A stretch of DNA of 28,348 nt from a virus (lineage: Duplodnaviria; Caudoviricetes): positions 1 through 28,348 of the IMG/VR virus record IMGVR_UViG_3300044878_000041; one strand, given 5' to 3'. Positions 8,623 through 17,287 of the stretch are shown here, piece after piece. The first letter of the stretch is position 1; each line of letters starts with the position of its first letter. The notes beneath the pieces were generated by a model, which did no database searches, was not told where the DNA came from, and saw nothing but the letters and a program-made list of their open reading frames with translations. Position numbers and translations under genes: made by a program.

Positions 8623-8958
8623 GTGGGCATTGTGAGTAGCTTTCCCAAGAGCTGGCGCACTGACGTCGTCGTGATCCGCGGCGGCGGCAGGGACGCCAAG
8701 GGGAACCCGCTCCCGGCGCAAGACATCCCCGTGAAGGATTGCATCGTCGGGGCCCGTGCAACAGCTGAACCGTTGGACCACTCCGACGTCGTTGATTCCA
8801 AGGCCGTGCTGTACCGAGACCCGGACCCCGGGTTCACGTTCCTCCCGTCTGATCGCGTTCGCGTTCCTGCCGGCAAGAGAATGGCCGGGGAATGGTCTGT
8901 TGACGGGCGCCCTGGGGAGTGGCCGCTCGGCGTCGAAGTCGGTCTGGTGAGGGCCTGA
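8623..8958 (+). CDS. Head-to-tail stopper
   Basis: GGAGG SD then GTG at 8623. RD..GNP, DRVRV and W.VDG.P..W motifs. Confidence 0.75.
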   Translation: MGIVSSFPKSWRTDVVVIRGGGRDAKGNPLPAQDIPVKDCIVGARATAEPLDHSDVVDSKAVLYRDPDPGFTFLPSDRVRVPAGKRMAGEWSVDGRPGEWPLGVEVGLVRA

Positions 8959-9257
8959 TGGCTCTCCGTAGAGTCCCGGGCTCCCGCTCATACCTTGCAG
9001 ACGATTCCGGGCTCAAAGATCTGGGCACGTCATCGGCCATCGGAGATGCGACGCTTGCCGCCGCGCAGCGTCTGGCGGGCAACGCGCAGGCCGTCGGGCG
9101 CGGCGAGTACGAAGCCTCCCCAGCGACGGTCATGGCGGGCTGGGCCAACGAACGGCGCGCCGGGGCCGTGGTGCGTGAGTCCCGCAAGGACTGGCGTGAC
9201 ACCCGCGACGCGATCCTGCTGCGCGTTGCCGAGTCAATGGAAGCGAGGGGCCGATGA
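8958..9257 (+). CDS. Neck / head-tail joining hypothetical protein
   Basis: TGATG coupling with the stopper gene. Occupies the slot between stopper and tail terminator. Confidence 0.65.
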   Translation: MALRRVPGSRSYLADDSGLKDLGTSSAIGDATLAAAQRLAGNAQAVGRGEYEASPATVMAGWANERRAGAVVRESRKDWRDTRDAILLRVAESMEARGR

Positions 9258-9661
9258 TCGACGCTCTTGTATTCCCGGATACCCGCGACGCGCTGTTCGA
9301 TTTGATCGACGGGGCGACGCATTTGGGCGTACCTGTCCGGGCGGTCTATCAGATCCCAGCCAACGACTACGGCGCAATTCAAGGCCCGTTCCCGCTGGCT
9401 TTGATCTACGGCGCCCCGGGCGGCAAGAGCGGTTTCGTTGACCGTGTTGACCGGCGAACAATCGACGTCTACGCGCCGGGCCAGCAGGCGCTCAACACCC
9501 TTGAGTCCATTTCCTCATCCATCTGCGGAGAGGACATCGAGACGCCGTCCGGGTATCTCGACAAGATCGAAGTGGACATCGTCCCAGAGGATGTCCCATA
9601 CCAGTCCGACACGCTCAACAAGGCCACGGCAACCTTCATGGTCACGTCCCGGCCCCTCTGA
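9254..9661 (+). CDS. Tail terminator / tail completion protein
   Basis: ATGA overlap with the previous gene. 135 aa with an IDVYA motif, directly upstream of the major tail gene. Confidence 0.7.
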   Translation: MIDALVFPDTRDALFDLIDGATHLGVPVRAVYQIPANDYGAIQGPFPLALIYGAPGGKSGFVDRVDRRTIDVYAPGQQALNTLESISSSICGEDIETPSGYLDKIEVDIVPEDVPYQSDTLNKATATFMVTSRPL

Positions 9662-9709
9662 CCCCGCACGGGGAAATCCACTCACCGCCCTTGAAAGGGG
9701 TTCATTGCC

Positions 9710-10375
9710 ATGCCCACGTTTGACACTATTCGTCAGGATTCTGACAATCGGAACCTTGTCCGGAAAATTCAGAAGGCTATCGCGTTCATCGCGCCCAAGA
9801 CTGTCGCCCTCCCCACTACATTGTTCGGCGCCGGCGGTTCGCTGATCGACCTGAAGACGATCGGTTGGCTTCCCATCGGCATGGTCACCCCGGACGGTTA
9901 CGAGTTCGGCCGTGACATCAACAAGGAGGATGTGACCGCGCTGGGCTACGCCTCGGCCGTCCGCTCTGACGTCACGGAAGTGGCACGCTCCGTGACCATG
10001 ACCGCGCTGGAGACTGGCCGGAAGCACATGCTGGAGCTGACCTTCGGTACCGACCTGAGCACAGTGACGCAGACTCTGGCCAACGGCGAGATCGTCATTG
10101 ACGAGCCAGACCTTCCCGTAGGCCAGGAGTATCGACTGCTCATCATCGGATCCGATGGGCCGGCAGCCAACAACTGGATCCTCGGCCGCGGCTACGGTTC
10201 CGTGAAGCTGGCCTCCACCGATTCCCAGAAATGGGGCACGGGCGATCCGGTCCAGCAGTCGCTCACCTTTGACGTGTTCACTGATGCCGCCATCGGCGTT
10301 CCGGTGAAGCACTACATCGGCGGCACTGGCGCTGTGGCTAACAAGACCATCATGGGCTTCACTCAGGGCGCCTAG
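9710..10375 (+). CDS. Major tail (tube) protein
   Basis: GW.PIG.VTPDG..F, G....VRSD and ALET motifs. SD lies in a CCCTTGAAAGGG hairpin. Precedes the chaperones and tape measure. Confidence 0.88.
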   Translation: MPTFDTIRQDSDNRNLVRKIQKAIAFIAPKTVALPTTLFGAGGSLIDLKTIGWLPIGMVTPDGYEFGRDINKEDVTALGYASAVRSDVTEVARSVTMTALETGRKHMLELTFGTDLSTVTQTLANGEIVIDEPDLPVGQEYRLLIIGSDGPAANNWILGRGYGSVKLASTDSQKWGTGDPVQQSLTFDVFTDAAIGVPVKHYIGGTGAVANKTIMGFTQGA

Positions 10376-10388
10376 CCTTCCCTCAATC

Positions 10389-10428
10389 ACGGTGCGCGCC
10401 GCTCTCCGGGTGTAGCGGCGCGCACCGT
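10389..10428 (+). promoter_or_regulatory. Perfect 15-bp hairpin with a 10-nt loop after the major tail gene
   Basis: ACGGTGCGCGCCGCT (10389-10403), loop CTCCGGGTGT, AGCGGCGCGCACCGT (10414-10428). Confidence 0.75.
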
Positions 10429-10463
10429 ACCCACTCACACCCGACCAGCCCTAGGAGCCGATC

Positions 10464-10622
10464 ATGCCCCGATTCACCAAGGATGGCCTGACCATCGAAA
10501 CCGCTGTCCCGACCGAGGCCGCCGAGCTGCGCCGCGACGGATTCACAGAAGAGAAGGCGCGCACGGCCGACGTCAAGGAAGCTGACGCCGCCAAGGCCGC
10601 CGCACCCCAGTCCAGCAAGTAA
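10464..10622 (+). CDS. 52-aa hypothetical tail-region protein (absent from the ORF track)
   Basis: AGGAG SD then ATG. Translates as MPRFTKDGLTIETAVPTEAAELRRDGFTEEKARTADVKEADAAKAAAPQSSK, with phage-like GC-ending codons, and fills the gap between genes. Confidence 0.75.
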   Translation: MPRFTKDGLTIETAVPTEAAELRRDGFTEEKARTADVKEADAAKAAAPQSSK

Positions 10623-10651
10623 ACCAACCCCTCACACCCGGAGGTAACACC

Positions 10652-10996
10652 ATGGCCGTAGACAAGCCGAACATCAACCTGACCCTCGCAGCGCTCGAAG
10701 CGGAGGTTGCCAAGCCTGAGCCGTTCGTGCTCGCTCTCAAGGGCGGGAAGCGCATCACGTTCCCCGACCTGTATGACCTCCCCGCCGTTGAGGCTGAGGC
10801 CTTCTTCGCCAAGTTCGAGGGAGCGGGCCGAACCGACTTTGCGCTGCTCGAGGAGTGGCTGTCGAAGTCCGACTACGAGGCGTACGTGGCGGCCCGCCTG
10901 CCGTTGCGTGTCCATGCAGCGCTGATCGAACGGGTCATGGCCTACTACCAGCAGACTGTCGGCACCCCGGGGGAAGACAACGCCTCCGCGAGCTGA
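10652..10996 (+). CDS. Tail assembly chaperone (gpG-like)
   Basis: GGAGG SD. Located between major tail and tape measure, and ends with a slippery site. Confidence 0.85.
   Translation: MAVDKPNINLTLAALEAEVAKPEPFVLALKGGKRITFPDLYDLPAVEAEAFFAKFEGAGRTDFALLEEWLSKSDYEAYVAARLPLRVHAALIERVMAYYQQTVGTPGEDNASAS
10969..10975 (+). other. Programmed -1 frameshift site G GGG GAA
   Basis: In-frame CCG GGG GAA. The -1 frame continues GGRQRLRELIGRY... and stays open to 11442. Confidence 0.8.
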
Positions 10997-11442
10997 TCGG
11001 CCGCTACCGCCGCGAGATCCGCTGTGACCTCAGCGACGTCTACGGCGTGGACCTGGCGGTCCTTTGGCGTGAGAAGCGGTGGGTTGCCCTGCTCGACTAC
11101 ATCGACGGGCTTCCCACCGCTTGCAGGCTCAACGAGGCGATAGCAAATGATCCGGAAATGGCCGCGCACTTGGCGGAGATGAGAGTGACTCGCCCGGACG
11201 ACGCAGAGCCGTGGTCCCCACGAATTTCTGAGTTTGACCTGAATATCACCATGCTGCGCGAGATCCTGCACGCCATCAAGGGGCTGCGGCAGGTCAGTAT
11301 CGCAGCTGCCGGCGGGAAGCCTGGCGAAGAGAAGCCGTTCCCCGCCCCATACACCGAGATTGACCGCGCCATCGAGGCTGCGGAACGCAACTGGGCTGAG
11401 CTCTTCGTCCAGCAGTTCGGATTCAACGCGAGCGACATCTGA
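10969..11442 (+). CDS. Tail assembly chaperone frameshift extension (gpT part of gpGT, fusion 10652..11442)
   Basis: Open -1 frame with no SD or start of its own. I..DL...YGVDL...W and LP...RL motifs. Confidence 0.8.
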   Translation, partial: GGRQRLRELIGRYRREIRCDLSDVYGVDLAVLWREKRWVALLDYIDGLPTACRLNEAIANDPEMAAHLAEMRVTRPDDAEPWSPRISEFDLNITMLREILHAIKGLRQVSIAAAGGKPGEEKPFPAPYTEIDRAIEAAERNWAELFVQQFGFNASDI

Positions 11443-11461
11443 CAATTCCATAGGAGGCCCC

Positions 11462-14400
11462 GTGCCCACGATCGGCATTGCGGACGTACTCGTCCGCCCG
11501 AGCTTCAAGGGCCTCCAGCAGTCCGTTGGACGCGAGCTGGGCAGCGTCGCGACTACCGAGGGCGCCCGCGCCGGTTCGAACATGGGCAGGGCGCTCGGCG
11601 GGGCGCTCAAGGTCGGCGCTCTGGCAGTGGGTGGAGCCGCAGTTGCCGGCCTGGGCGTGGCTCTGACCAAGGGCTTCAGCCGCCTGCAGGCCATCGAGAA
11701 CGCAAAGGCGAAGCTGACCGGCCTTGGTCACGACGTTCAGTCCGTGACCGGCATCATGAATGACGCCATGGCCGCCGTGAAGGGGACCGCCTTCGGTCTC
11801 GATGAGGCTGCCACGGTGGCCGCCGGTGCTGTTGCCGCTGGCATCAAGCCGGGTAAGGAGCTTGAGGATACTCTTCGTCTGACTGGCGACGCTGCGACCA
11901 TCGCCGGTGTTGGAATGGGCGAGATGGGTGCGATCTTCAACAAGGTTGCATCATCGAACAAGATCCAGGGCGATGTGATTGCTCAGCTGAATGACGCCGG
12001 CATTCCGATTGTGCAGCTGCTCGGCAAAGAGCTCGGCAAGTCGGCGGATGAGACTCTTGCTCTGGCTTCTGAGGGCAAGATCAACTTCGCCACCTTTTCC
12101 AAGGCTATGCAGTCCGGCCTTGGAGGTGCGGCCCTTGAATCCGGCAAGACCCTGCAGGGCGCCTTCAAGAACACGATGGCGGCGGTTGGCCGTATCGGCG
12201 CTTCACTGCTGTCCGGGGTATACCCGAAAATTCAGCAGTTCTTCACAGGGGCCATCGAGTGGCTCAAGCCTTTGGAGGCCGGGGCGAAAGTAGCCGGCGC
12301 TGCCATCGGCACCTTCTTAGACAAGGCCATTTCCGGCGGCCAGGCACTGTATGACCTGCTGGTGAAAGGCGACTTTAGCGCCAAATTCCGGGAAGCGTTC
12401 GGCGTGCAAGAAGACTCGCCCTTGGTGGATTTTCTGCTCAAGGTCCGCTCAGGCGCGCAGGGGCTCTACGACCTGCTGGTGAAGGGCGACTACACGGGGA
12501 AGCTCCGGGAAGCGTTCGGGTGGGAGGAAGACTCCCGCTTTGTGGACTTCCTCCTGACCATCCGCGATGAGGTCAAGAAGATCCCGGACGCGCTCGGCAA
12601 GGTCATCGACACGAGCAAAGACGTAGCGAAATGGCTTTGGGACATGCGCGAGCCGATCGGCATTATCGTCGGCCTGATCGTTGTCTCCCTGATCCCGCAC
12701 TGGGTAGCGCTTGGCGTAGAGGCGATCGCATCCGCGGGCAAGCAGGCGCAGGCATGGGCGATATCGAGGGGCGCTGCGGTCAAGGGCGCTTTTACGCATT
12801 CGTGGGCTGTCGTTGTCATGGTGGCCGGCTGGGTTTCTATGGCTGCGGCTGCCGTCAGTTCCGGTGCTATTACTGCGGCGATCTGGCTCATGTATCAGTG
12901 GGATTCGGTCAAGGCTGTTGCGGCAATGATCGCGGCGAGGGCTGCAATCGTTGGCAGCTGGATAGTCATGGCTGCCCAGGCGACCATTCAGGCCGTCAAG
13001 ATCGCCGCGGCGTGGGTTGTCGCGCTCGGCCCGGTGGGTTGGGCGATCGGCATTATTGCCGCGCTCGTGGCTGGCTTTGTTTGGGCCTACAACAATGTTG
13101 GATGGTTCAAGGACGGCGTCGATGCGGCACTCAAGGCCGTCGGCGACTTCTTTAGCTGGCTCTGGACGGACGTAATCAAGCCAGTCTTCGAGGGTATTGC
13201 TGCGGTCATCTCGTGGGTCTATGAGTCGGTCATCAAGCCGGTCTTCGATGGCATCTCGGCGGCAATCGGTTTCGTCGGCTCCGTTTTCACCTGGCTTTAC
13301 GAGAACGTCCTGAAGCCGGTTTTCGATTCGGCGGCGGTCATCATCGGCGGCTTCTACCTCGGTTTTCGGGGTATTTTTCAGCTCGTCGCCTCGATCATCA
13401 TGAACATCATTGTCCCGATCATCAAGTTCCTTTGGGACCGCATGATAGAGGGATTCGCTGGGATCGGCGCAACGATCGCGGGATGGTGGACCTTTGCTAA
13501 CGGGATCTTCAATTCCGTTGTCGCGTTCTTCCATGACGTGCTCGCGGCGGCCTTTACCTGGCTCTACGACTCGGTGATAAAGCCGACGTTCGACGCGATC
13601 GGCGCGGCGGTTTCGTGGGTCTGGACCAACGTCCTCAAGCCGACATTTGACGCGTGGGTTTACACGTTCCAGACAGTCATCCCGGCCGCGCTGAACTGGC
13701 TCTACGCGAATGTCGTAAAGCCGGTCTTCGACGCGATCGGCGCGGCTATCGGTTGGGTGTGGAACAACGTCATCAAGCCCGTGTTCGACGGCATGGTGTG
13801 GGTGCTGAATAACGTGCTGGCCCCAGCGTTCAATTGGCTGTGGCAGAGCGTCATCAAGCCAGCCTTTGACGGCATCGGCACTGCGATCAAGTGGGTTTGG
13901 GAAAACGTCATCAAGCCAGTCTTTGATACGCTCTCGGACTTCATCCAAAAGACCATCCCGGACGCTTTCAACGCCGGCGTGGACTTCATCAAGACGGCTT
14001 GGGACCGGATCCAGGAAATCGCTAAGGCGCCCGTCCGCTTCGTGGTCGACACGGTCATCAATGATGGCCTGATCGGAGCCTTCAACACCGTCGCGGGGAT
14101 TCTGCCGGGCATCGACAGACTGCCTCGCGTGGCGCTGCCCGCCGGATTCGCTGACGGCGGGTACACGGGCGACGGCGGCAAGTACGAGCCCGCGGGCATC
14201 GTGCACGGCGGCGAGTTCGTGTTCACGAAGGAGCAGACCAAGCGCGCCGGCGTCGCGAACCTGTATGCGCTGGCGAAGTCCCTTGCCGGGTTCGCTGACG
14301 GAGGCTTCGTCAATCCGCTCAAGTCCATGGTCGAAACTCAGGGCTACAACCGTGTCCATAAGGGCGTCGACTATGCGGCATCGGTCGGTACTCCGGTGTT

Positions 14401-15139
14401 CGCTACCGAGAACGGCCGCGTTTCGTGGTCCGGGCCCGGCGTTTCGGCGCCTGGCGTGTGGGGCGGCAACGAGGTTCACATCGACGGCGGATCCGGGATA
14501 CAGACATGGTTTGCGCACTTGTCGTCTATGGCTGTGAAGGTCGGTGACATGGTGCGCGCTGGGCAGCAGATCGCGCTCTCGGGTAACACCGGCATCACGT
14601 CCGGGCCTCACCTGCACTTCGGCACGTTTGCCGGCGGATGGCCCAACGACGTCGACCCGCACGGCTACCTCTCCGGAGCTGGTCTTCCGTCCGGCGGGAG
14701 CTTCAACCCGTTGGCGGGCATCATGGACGGCCTTGTGTCGCAATTCAAGAACGCGTTCCCTACCGCGGGCTTCATTGGTGACATCGCTATCGGGGTTGGG
14801 AAGAAGCTGTTCGGCAGCGTCTCAGACCTCATCACGGGCGGCAAGGGATCGGCAGTGGGCGACCCTGCGCTGTATGACTTGGGCGGCATCCTGCCTCCCG
14901 GGATCTCGCAGGTAGTCAACCGCACGGGGCAGCCTGAGGCGATCCTCAACCCGCAGCAGTGGTCTGACATCAGTCGGCTCGCCGCGCAATCGAGAGATTC
15001 GGCGGGCGGCCGTTTCCCTGACGCGCTCCGGCTCGTTGTGGACGGGCACGAGTTCTCCGCCTATGTGGACCGCCGCGCAGGGTCCGTCGTTTCACACGCT
15101 GACAGCCGGTCAGCGTTCACCAGGAAGGGCCGGTCGTAA
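11462..15139 (+). CDS. Tape measure protein with C-terminal M23 peptidase
   Basis: AGGAGG then GTG at 11462. Tape-measure N-domain (VKGTAFGLDEAA), Trp/Phe periodic repeats, FADGG motifs, and M23 signatures HKGVDY, FAHLS and GPHLHF. Confidence 0.95.
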   Translation: MPTIGIADVLVRPSFKGLQQSVGRELGSVATTEGARAGSNMGRALGGALKVGALAVGGAAVAGLGVALTKGFSRLQAIENAKAKLTGLGHDVQSVTGIMNDAMAAVKGTAFGLDEAATVAAGAVAAGIKPGKELEDTLRLTGDAATIAGVGMGEMGAIFNKVASSNKIQGDVIAQLNDAGIPIVQLLGKELGKSADETLALASEGKINFATFSKAMQSGLGGAALESGKTLQGAFKNTMAAVGRIGASLLSGVYPKIQQFFTGAIEWLKPLEAGAKVAGAAIGTFLDKAISGGQALYDLLVKGDFSAKFREAFGVQEDSPLVDFLLKVRSGAQGLYDLLVKGDYTGKLREAFGWEEDSRFVDFLLTIRDEVKKIPDALGKVIDTSKDVAKWLWDMREPIGIIVGLIVVSLIPHWVALGVEAIASAGKQAQAWAISRGAAVKGAFTHSWAVVVMVAGWVSMAAAAVSSGAITAAIWLMYQWDSVKAVAAMIAARAAIVGSWIVMAAQATIQAVKIAAAWVVALGPVGWAIGIIAALVAGFVWAYNNVGWFKDGVDAALKAVGDFFSWLWTDVIKPVFEGIAAVISWVYESVIKPVFDGISAAIGFVGSVFTWLYENVLKPVFDSAAVIIGGFYLGFRGIFQLVASIIMNIIVPIIKFLWDRMIEGFAGIGATIAGWWTFANGIFNSVVAFFHDVLAAAFTWLYDSVIKPTFDAIGAAVSWVWTNVLKPTFDAWVYTFQTVIPAALNWLYANVVKPVFDAIGAAIGWVWNNVIKPVFDGMVWVLNNVLAPAFNWLWQSVIKPAFDGIGTAIKWVWENVIKPVFDTLSDFIQKTIPDAFNAGVDFIKTAWDRIQEIAKAPVRFVVDTVINDGLIGAFNTVAGILPGIDRLPRVALPAGFADGGYTGDGGKYEPAGIVHGGEFVFTKEQTKRAGVANLYALAKSLAGFADGGFVNPLKSMVETQGYNRVHKGVDYAASVGTPVFATENGRVSWSGPGVSAPGVWGGNEVHIDGGSGIQTWFAHLSSMAVKVGDMVRAGQQIALSGNTGITSGPHLHFGTFAGGWPNDVDPHGYLSGAGLPSGGSFNPLAGIMDGLVSQFKNAFPTAGFIGDIAIGVGKKLFGSVSDLITGGKGSAVGDPALYDLGGILPPGISQVVNRTGQPEAILNPQQWSDISRLAAQSRDSAGGRFPDALRLVVDGHEFSAYVDRRAGSVVSHADSRSAFTRKGRS
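12341..12574 (+). repeat. 117-nt (39-aa) tandem duplication inside the tape measure gene
   Basis: QALYDLLVKGDFSAKFREAFGVQEDSPLVDFLL at 12341 versus QGLYDLLVKGDYTGKLREAFGWEEDSRFVDFLL at 12458. Confidence 0.85.
13559..13930 (+). repeat. 138-nt (46-aa, 19+27) higher-order tape measure repeat, about 3 copies
   Basis: WLYDSVIKP, WLYANVVKP and WLWQSVIKP start at 13559, 13697 and 13835. Confidence 0.8.
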
Positions 15140-15978
15140 TGGCGCGTGCTGTAAGTGTTGAGGCCATCACGAGCGCTCCATGCCCTCGGGTGGGGATCAC
15201 GATCACCGCCCTGGGCGCGGCCGATTCGGTCGTCTCGGTGTGGCGTGTCGTGGGCGGGGACCGTAACCCCGTCCGCGGCGCCCGCCGCGCCGTCATGAAT
15301 GACTCGGCCTACGTGATCGACTATGACGCCCCATTGGGCCGGCCGATCCGCTACGAAGTCGAGATCATTTCGGGTCCGTCCGGTGTCGGCCGCTTCAGTT
15401 CGGCGCCGGTCACCGTCGAGTCGGACTCGGCATGGATCATGGACCCGCTGATTCCACAGTCGGCGGTGCCGATCCGGCGGCGGATGTCCGCACCCGGAGA
15501 ACCTGTGTTCCAGGTCGAGGCGATGAGCTCCTTCGAGTACCAGGCGAAGATTTCCATGTTCGACGTCATGGGTTCCGACCGCCCCATGGCGCTCGTCGGG
15601 CAGCGCGCCGCCGCCAACGGCATCAACCTGTCCCTCATGACGGACATGGCCGAACAGAACACCCGCCTAAGGAACCTCTTCAGGCAGGCCGCGCAACTCC
15701 TGGTCCGCGTCCCGCCCTCAGTGACGGACGCGATCGAGGGCTCCTGCTTCGTGGCCGTGGCAACCGTGGTCGAAAATTCCCAGAAGGCACACACCGGCCG
15801 GGACCTCACCAAGTGGACCGTCCAAGGAGATACGGTCGCCGCCCCGGCGATCAAGGTGCTAACCGCACTGTTCACCTACGGCGACATCAACATCCTGTAT
15901 TCGACGTACCAACAGAAGCAGACCATCATGGCCGGGAAAACATACCTGGACGACTTGAAGAACCCCTTGGGAGGCTAG
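15139..15978 (+). CDS. Minor tail protein (distal tail position)
   Basis: TAATG coupling to the tape measure. DYDAPLG.P..Y and W..DP..P motifs. Confidence 0.8.
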   Translation: MARAVSVEAITSAPCPRVGITITALGAADSVVSVWRVVGGDRNPVRGARRAVMNDSAYVIDYDAPLGRPIRYEVEIISGPSGVGRFSSAPVTVESDSAWIMDPLIPQSAVPIRRRMSAPGEPVFQVEAMSSFEYQAKISMFDVMGSDRPMALVGQRAAANGINLSLMTDMAEQNTRLRNLFRQAAQLLVRVPPSVTDAIEGSCFVAVATVVENSQKAHTGRDLTKWTVQGDTVAAPAIKVLTALFTYGDINILYSTYQQKQTIMAGKTYLDDLKNPLGG

Positions 15979-15979
15979 C

Positions 15980-17278
15980 TTGCGGCCAATACAGGCAGAG
16001 TCTCTACAGGCCCTGGAGGGCTCACGCCCGGCAGACATCCTCACCGTGTGGGCGTGGCGGGACGGAGCCTTGGTCCTGCCCGAACCGCTCCAGGTCATCT
16101 CGTGGAGCGCCGAGGACAATGCCGGCGACTCCGTGAAGGTCTCGCAAACCCTGTCCCTGACGGTAGCGGACCCGGACGGGTCACTGTCAGCCTGGCAGTT
16201 CGAGGACCCGCTATCGGTCGCCGGCACCCGCCTGCAGGTGATCTACCGGGTCGGCGGGGCACAGGCCCTGAACTACGGCTGGTTCAAGATAACCGGCAAC
16301 GCGCCCGATGAAGTCATTCAATCGCGGCTCGTGAACGAGTACGGATACGCACAGCCTGACTCCCCCGTGGAACCGCACAAGCGCACCAAATACATCGTCG
16401 GCGGCAGGGTCCAGCTCAACGCCGTGGACATCACCGCGGACGTCGACGCAGACAAGTTCGAGGCCCCGGAATCCGCGTCCGGGCTGACCGTACTGGGAGA
16501 GTTCGCCCGCCTGACAGCCGAGCACTTCCCCACCGTGGTCGACGCCGGCGTGCCCGACGCAGACGTCAGCCCGTTCACAGTCTGGGACCGGGAACGCCTC
16601 GAAGCATGCCAGGACCTACTCGCCCGGGTCGATGCCGGCTACCGGATGGGCGGCGACGGCGAATGCCACATCTACCCCCGCCAGTCGGCTCCCGTGTGGC
16701 GCGTCGAACCCGGCCAGGGCCTCGTCAGCGTGCAGCGCTCGCAGGCCGCTGACGGGCTCTATAACAAGTGGGTCGTTGAGGGTAAGGACAGCGGTGACGG
16801 CAAGCCTGTGAGGGCATCCTCGGTCATCGATACGGGGCCGCTGCGGTACGGCGGCGCGTTCGGTCGGGCACCGTTCTTCTACAGCTCGGAAATGATCACC
16901 ACCGAGGGCCAGGCCCTCGCATACTCCATCCAGCTGCGCGAAGAATTCCTCGCTTCGCTGTCAATCGAACTGACCGTGGAAACTGTTCCCCGCCCGGAGT
17001 TGCAGGCCGGCGACTGGATCGAGGTTGGTTGCCCGATCGCCGCTGGGCACGTCGCCTACCTTCCCGGCCAGCTCACGGGGATCCGGCGGGGCGGGGAGGT
17101 AGTGCCGACAGGGACGACACTCACCGTCGCCTGCTCGTACAAGGACGCCGTCACCGCACTGGCCCGCACCGAATGGGCGAAGGACATCACCTCTGACATG
17201 CCGGCCCTGACGTGGGACCGGATGCCCGGCACCTGGGGCCAGCTCCCGGCCCTCGCATGGAACGACCTGCCCAACTAG
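15980..17278 (+). CDS. Minor tail protein (baseplate hub-like)
   Basis: Second gene after the tape measure. YN..VVEG, GPLRYGG.FGR.P.FYSS and P.LQ.GD motifs. Confidence 0.8.
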   Translation: MRPIQAESLQALEGSRPADILTVWAWRDGALVLPEPLQVISWSAEDNAGDSVKVSQTLSLTVADPDGSLSAWQFEDPLSVAGTRLQVIYRVGGAQALNYGWFKITGNAPDEVIQSRLVNEYGYAQPDSPVEPHKRTKYIVGGRVQLNAVDITADVDADKFEAPESASGLTVLGEFARLTAEHFPTVVDAGVPDADVSPFTVWDRERLEACQDLLARVDAGYRMGGDGECHIYPRQSAPVWRVEPGQGLVSVQRSQAADGLYNKWVVEGKDSGDGKPVRASSVIDTGPLRYGGAFGRAPFFYSSEMITTEGQALAYSIQLREEFLASLSIELTVETVPRPELQAGDWIEVGCPIAAGHVAYLPGQLTGIRRGGEVVPTGTTLTVACSYKDAVTALARTEWAKDITSDMPALTWDRMPGTWGQLPALAWNDLPN

Positions 17279-17287
17279 GAGGCCCGC

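Noticed and set aside
11360-11461. ORF-track upstream starts (11360; also 748, 7711, 8308, 8919, 10855, 18223 and 18892)
   Set aside because: Downstream starts have proper SD spacing or stop-start coupling, and the extensions overlap neighbouring genes or hairpins.
13150-13930. Regularly spaced GTCATCAAGCC-like repeats as a possible CRISPR array
   Set aside because: The repeats are degenerate at third codon positions and encode VIKP.F in frame, so they are protein repeats. No cas genes are present.
12449-14743. 764-aa minus-strand ORF with apparent repeats
   Set aside because: Mirror of the tape measure repeats. Arg/Asp-rich shadow with no SD or domain.
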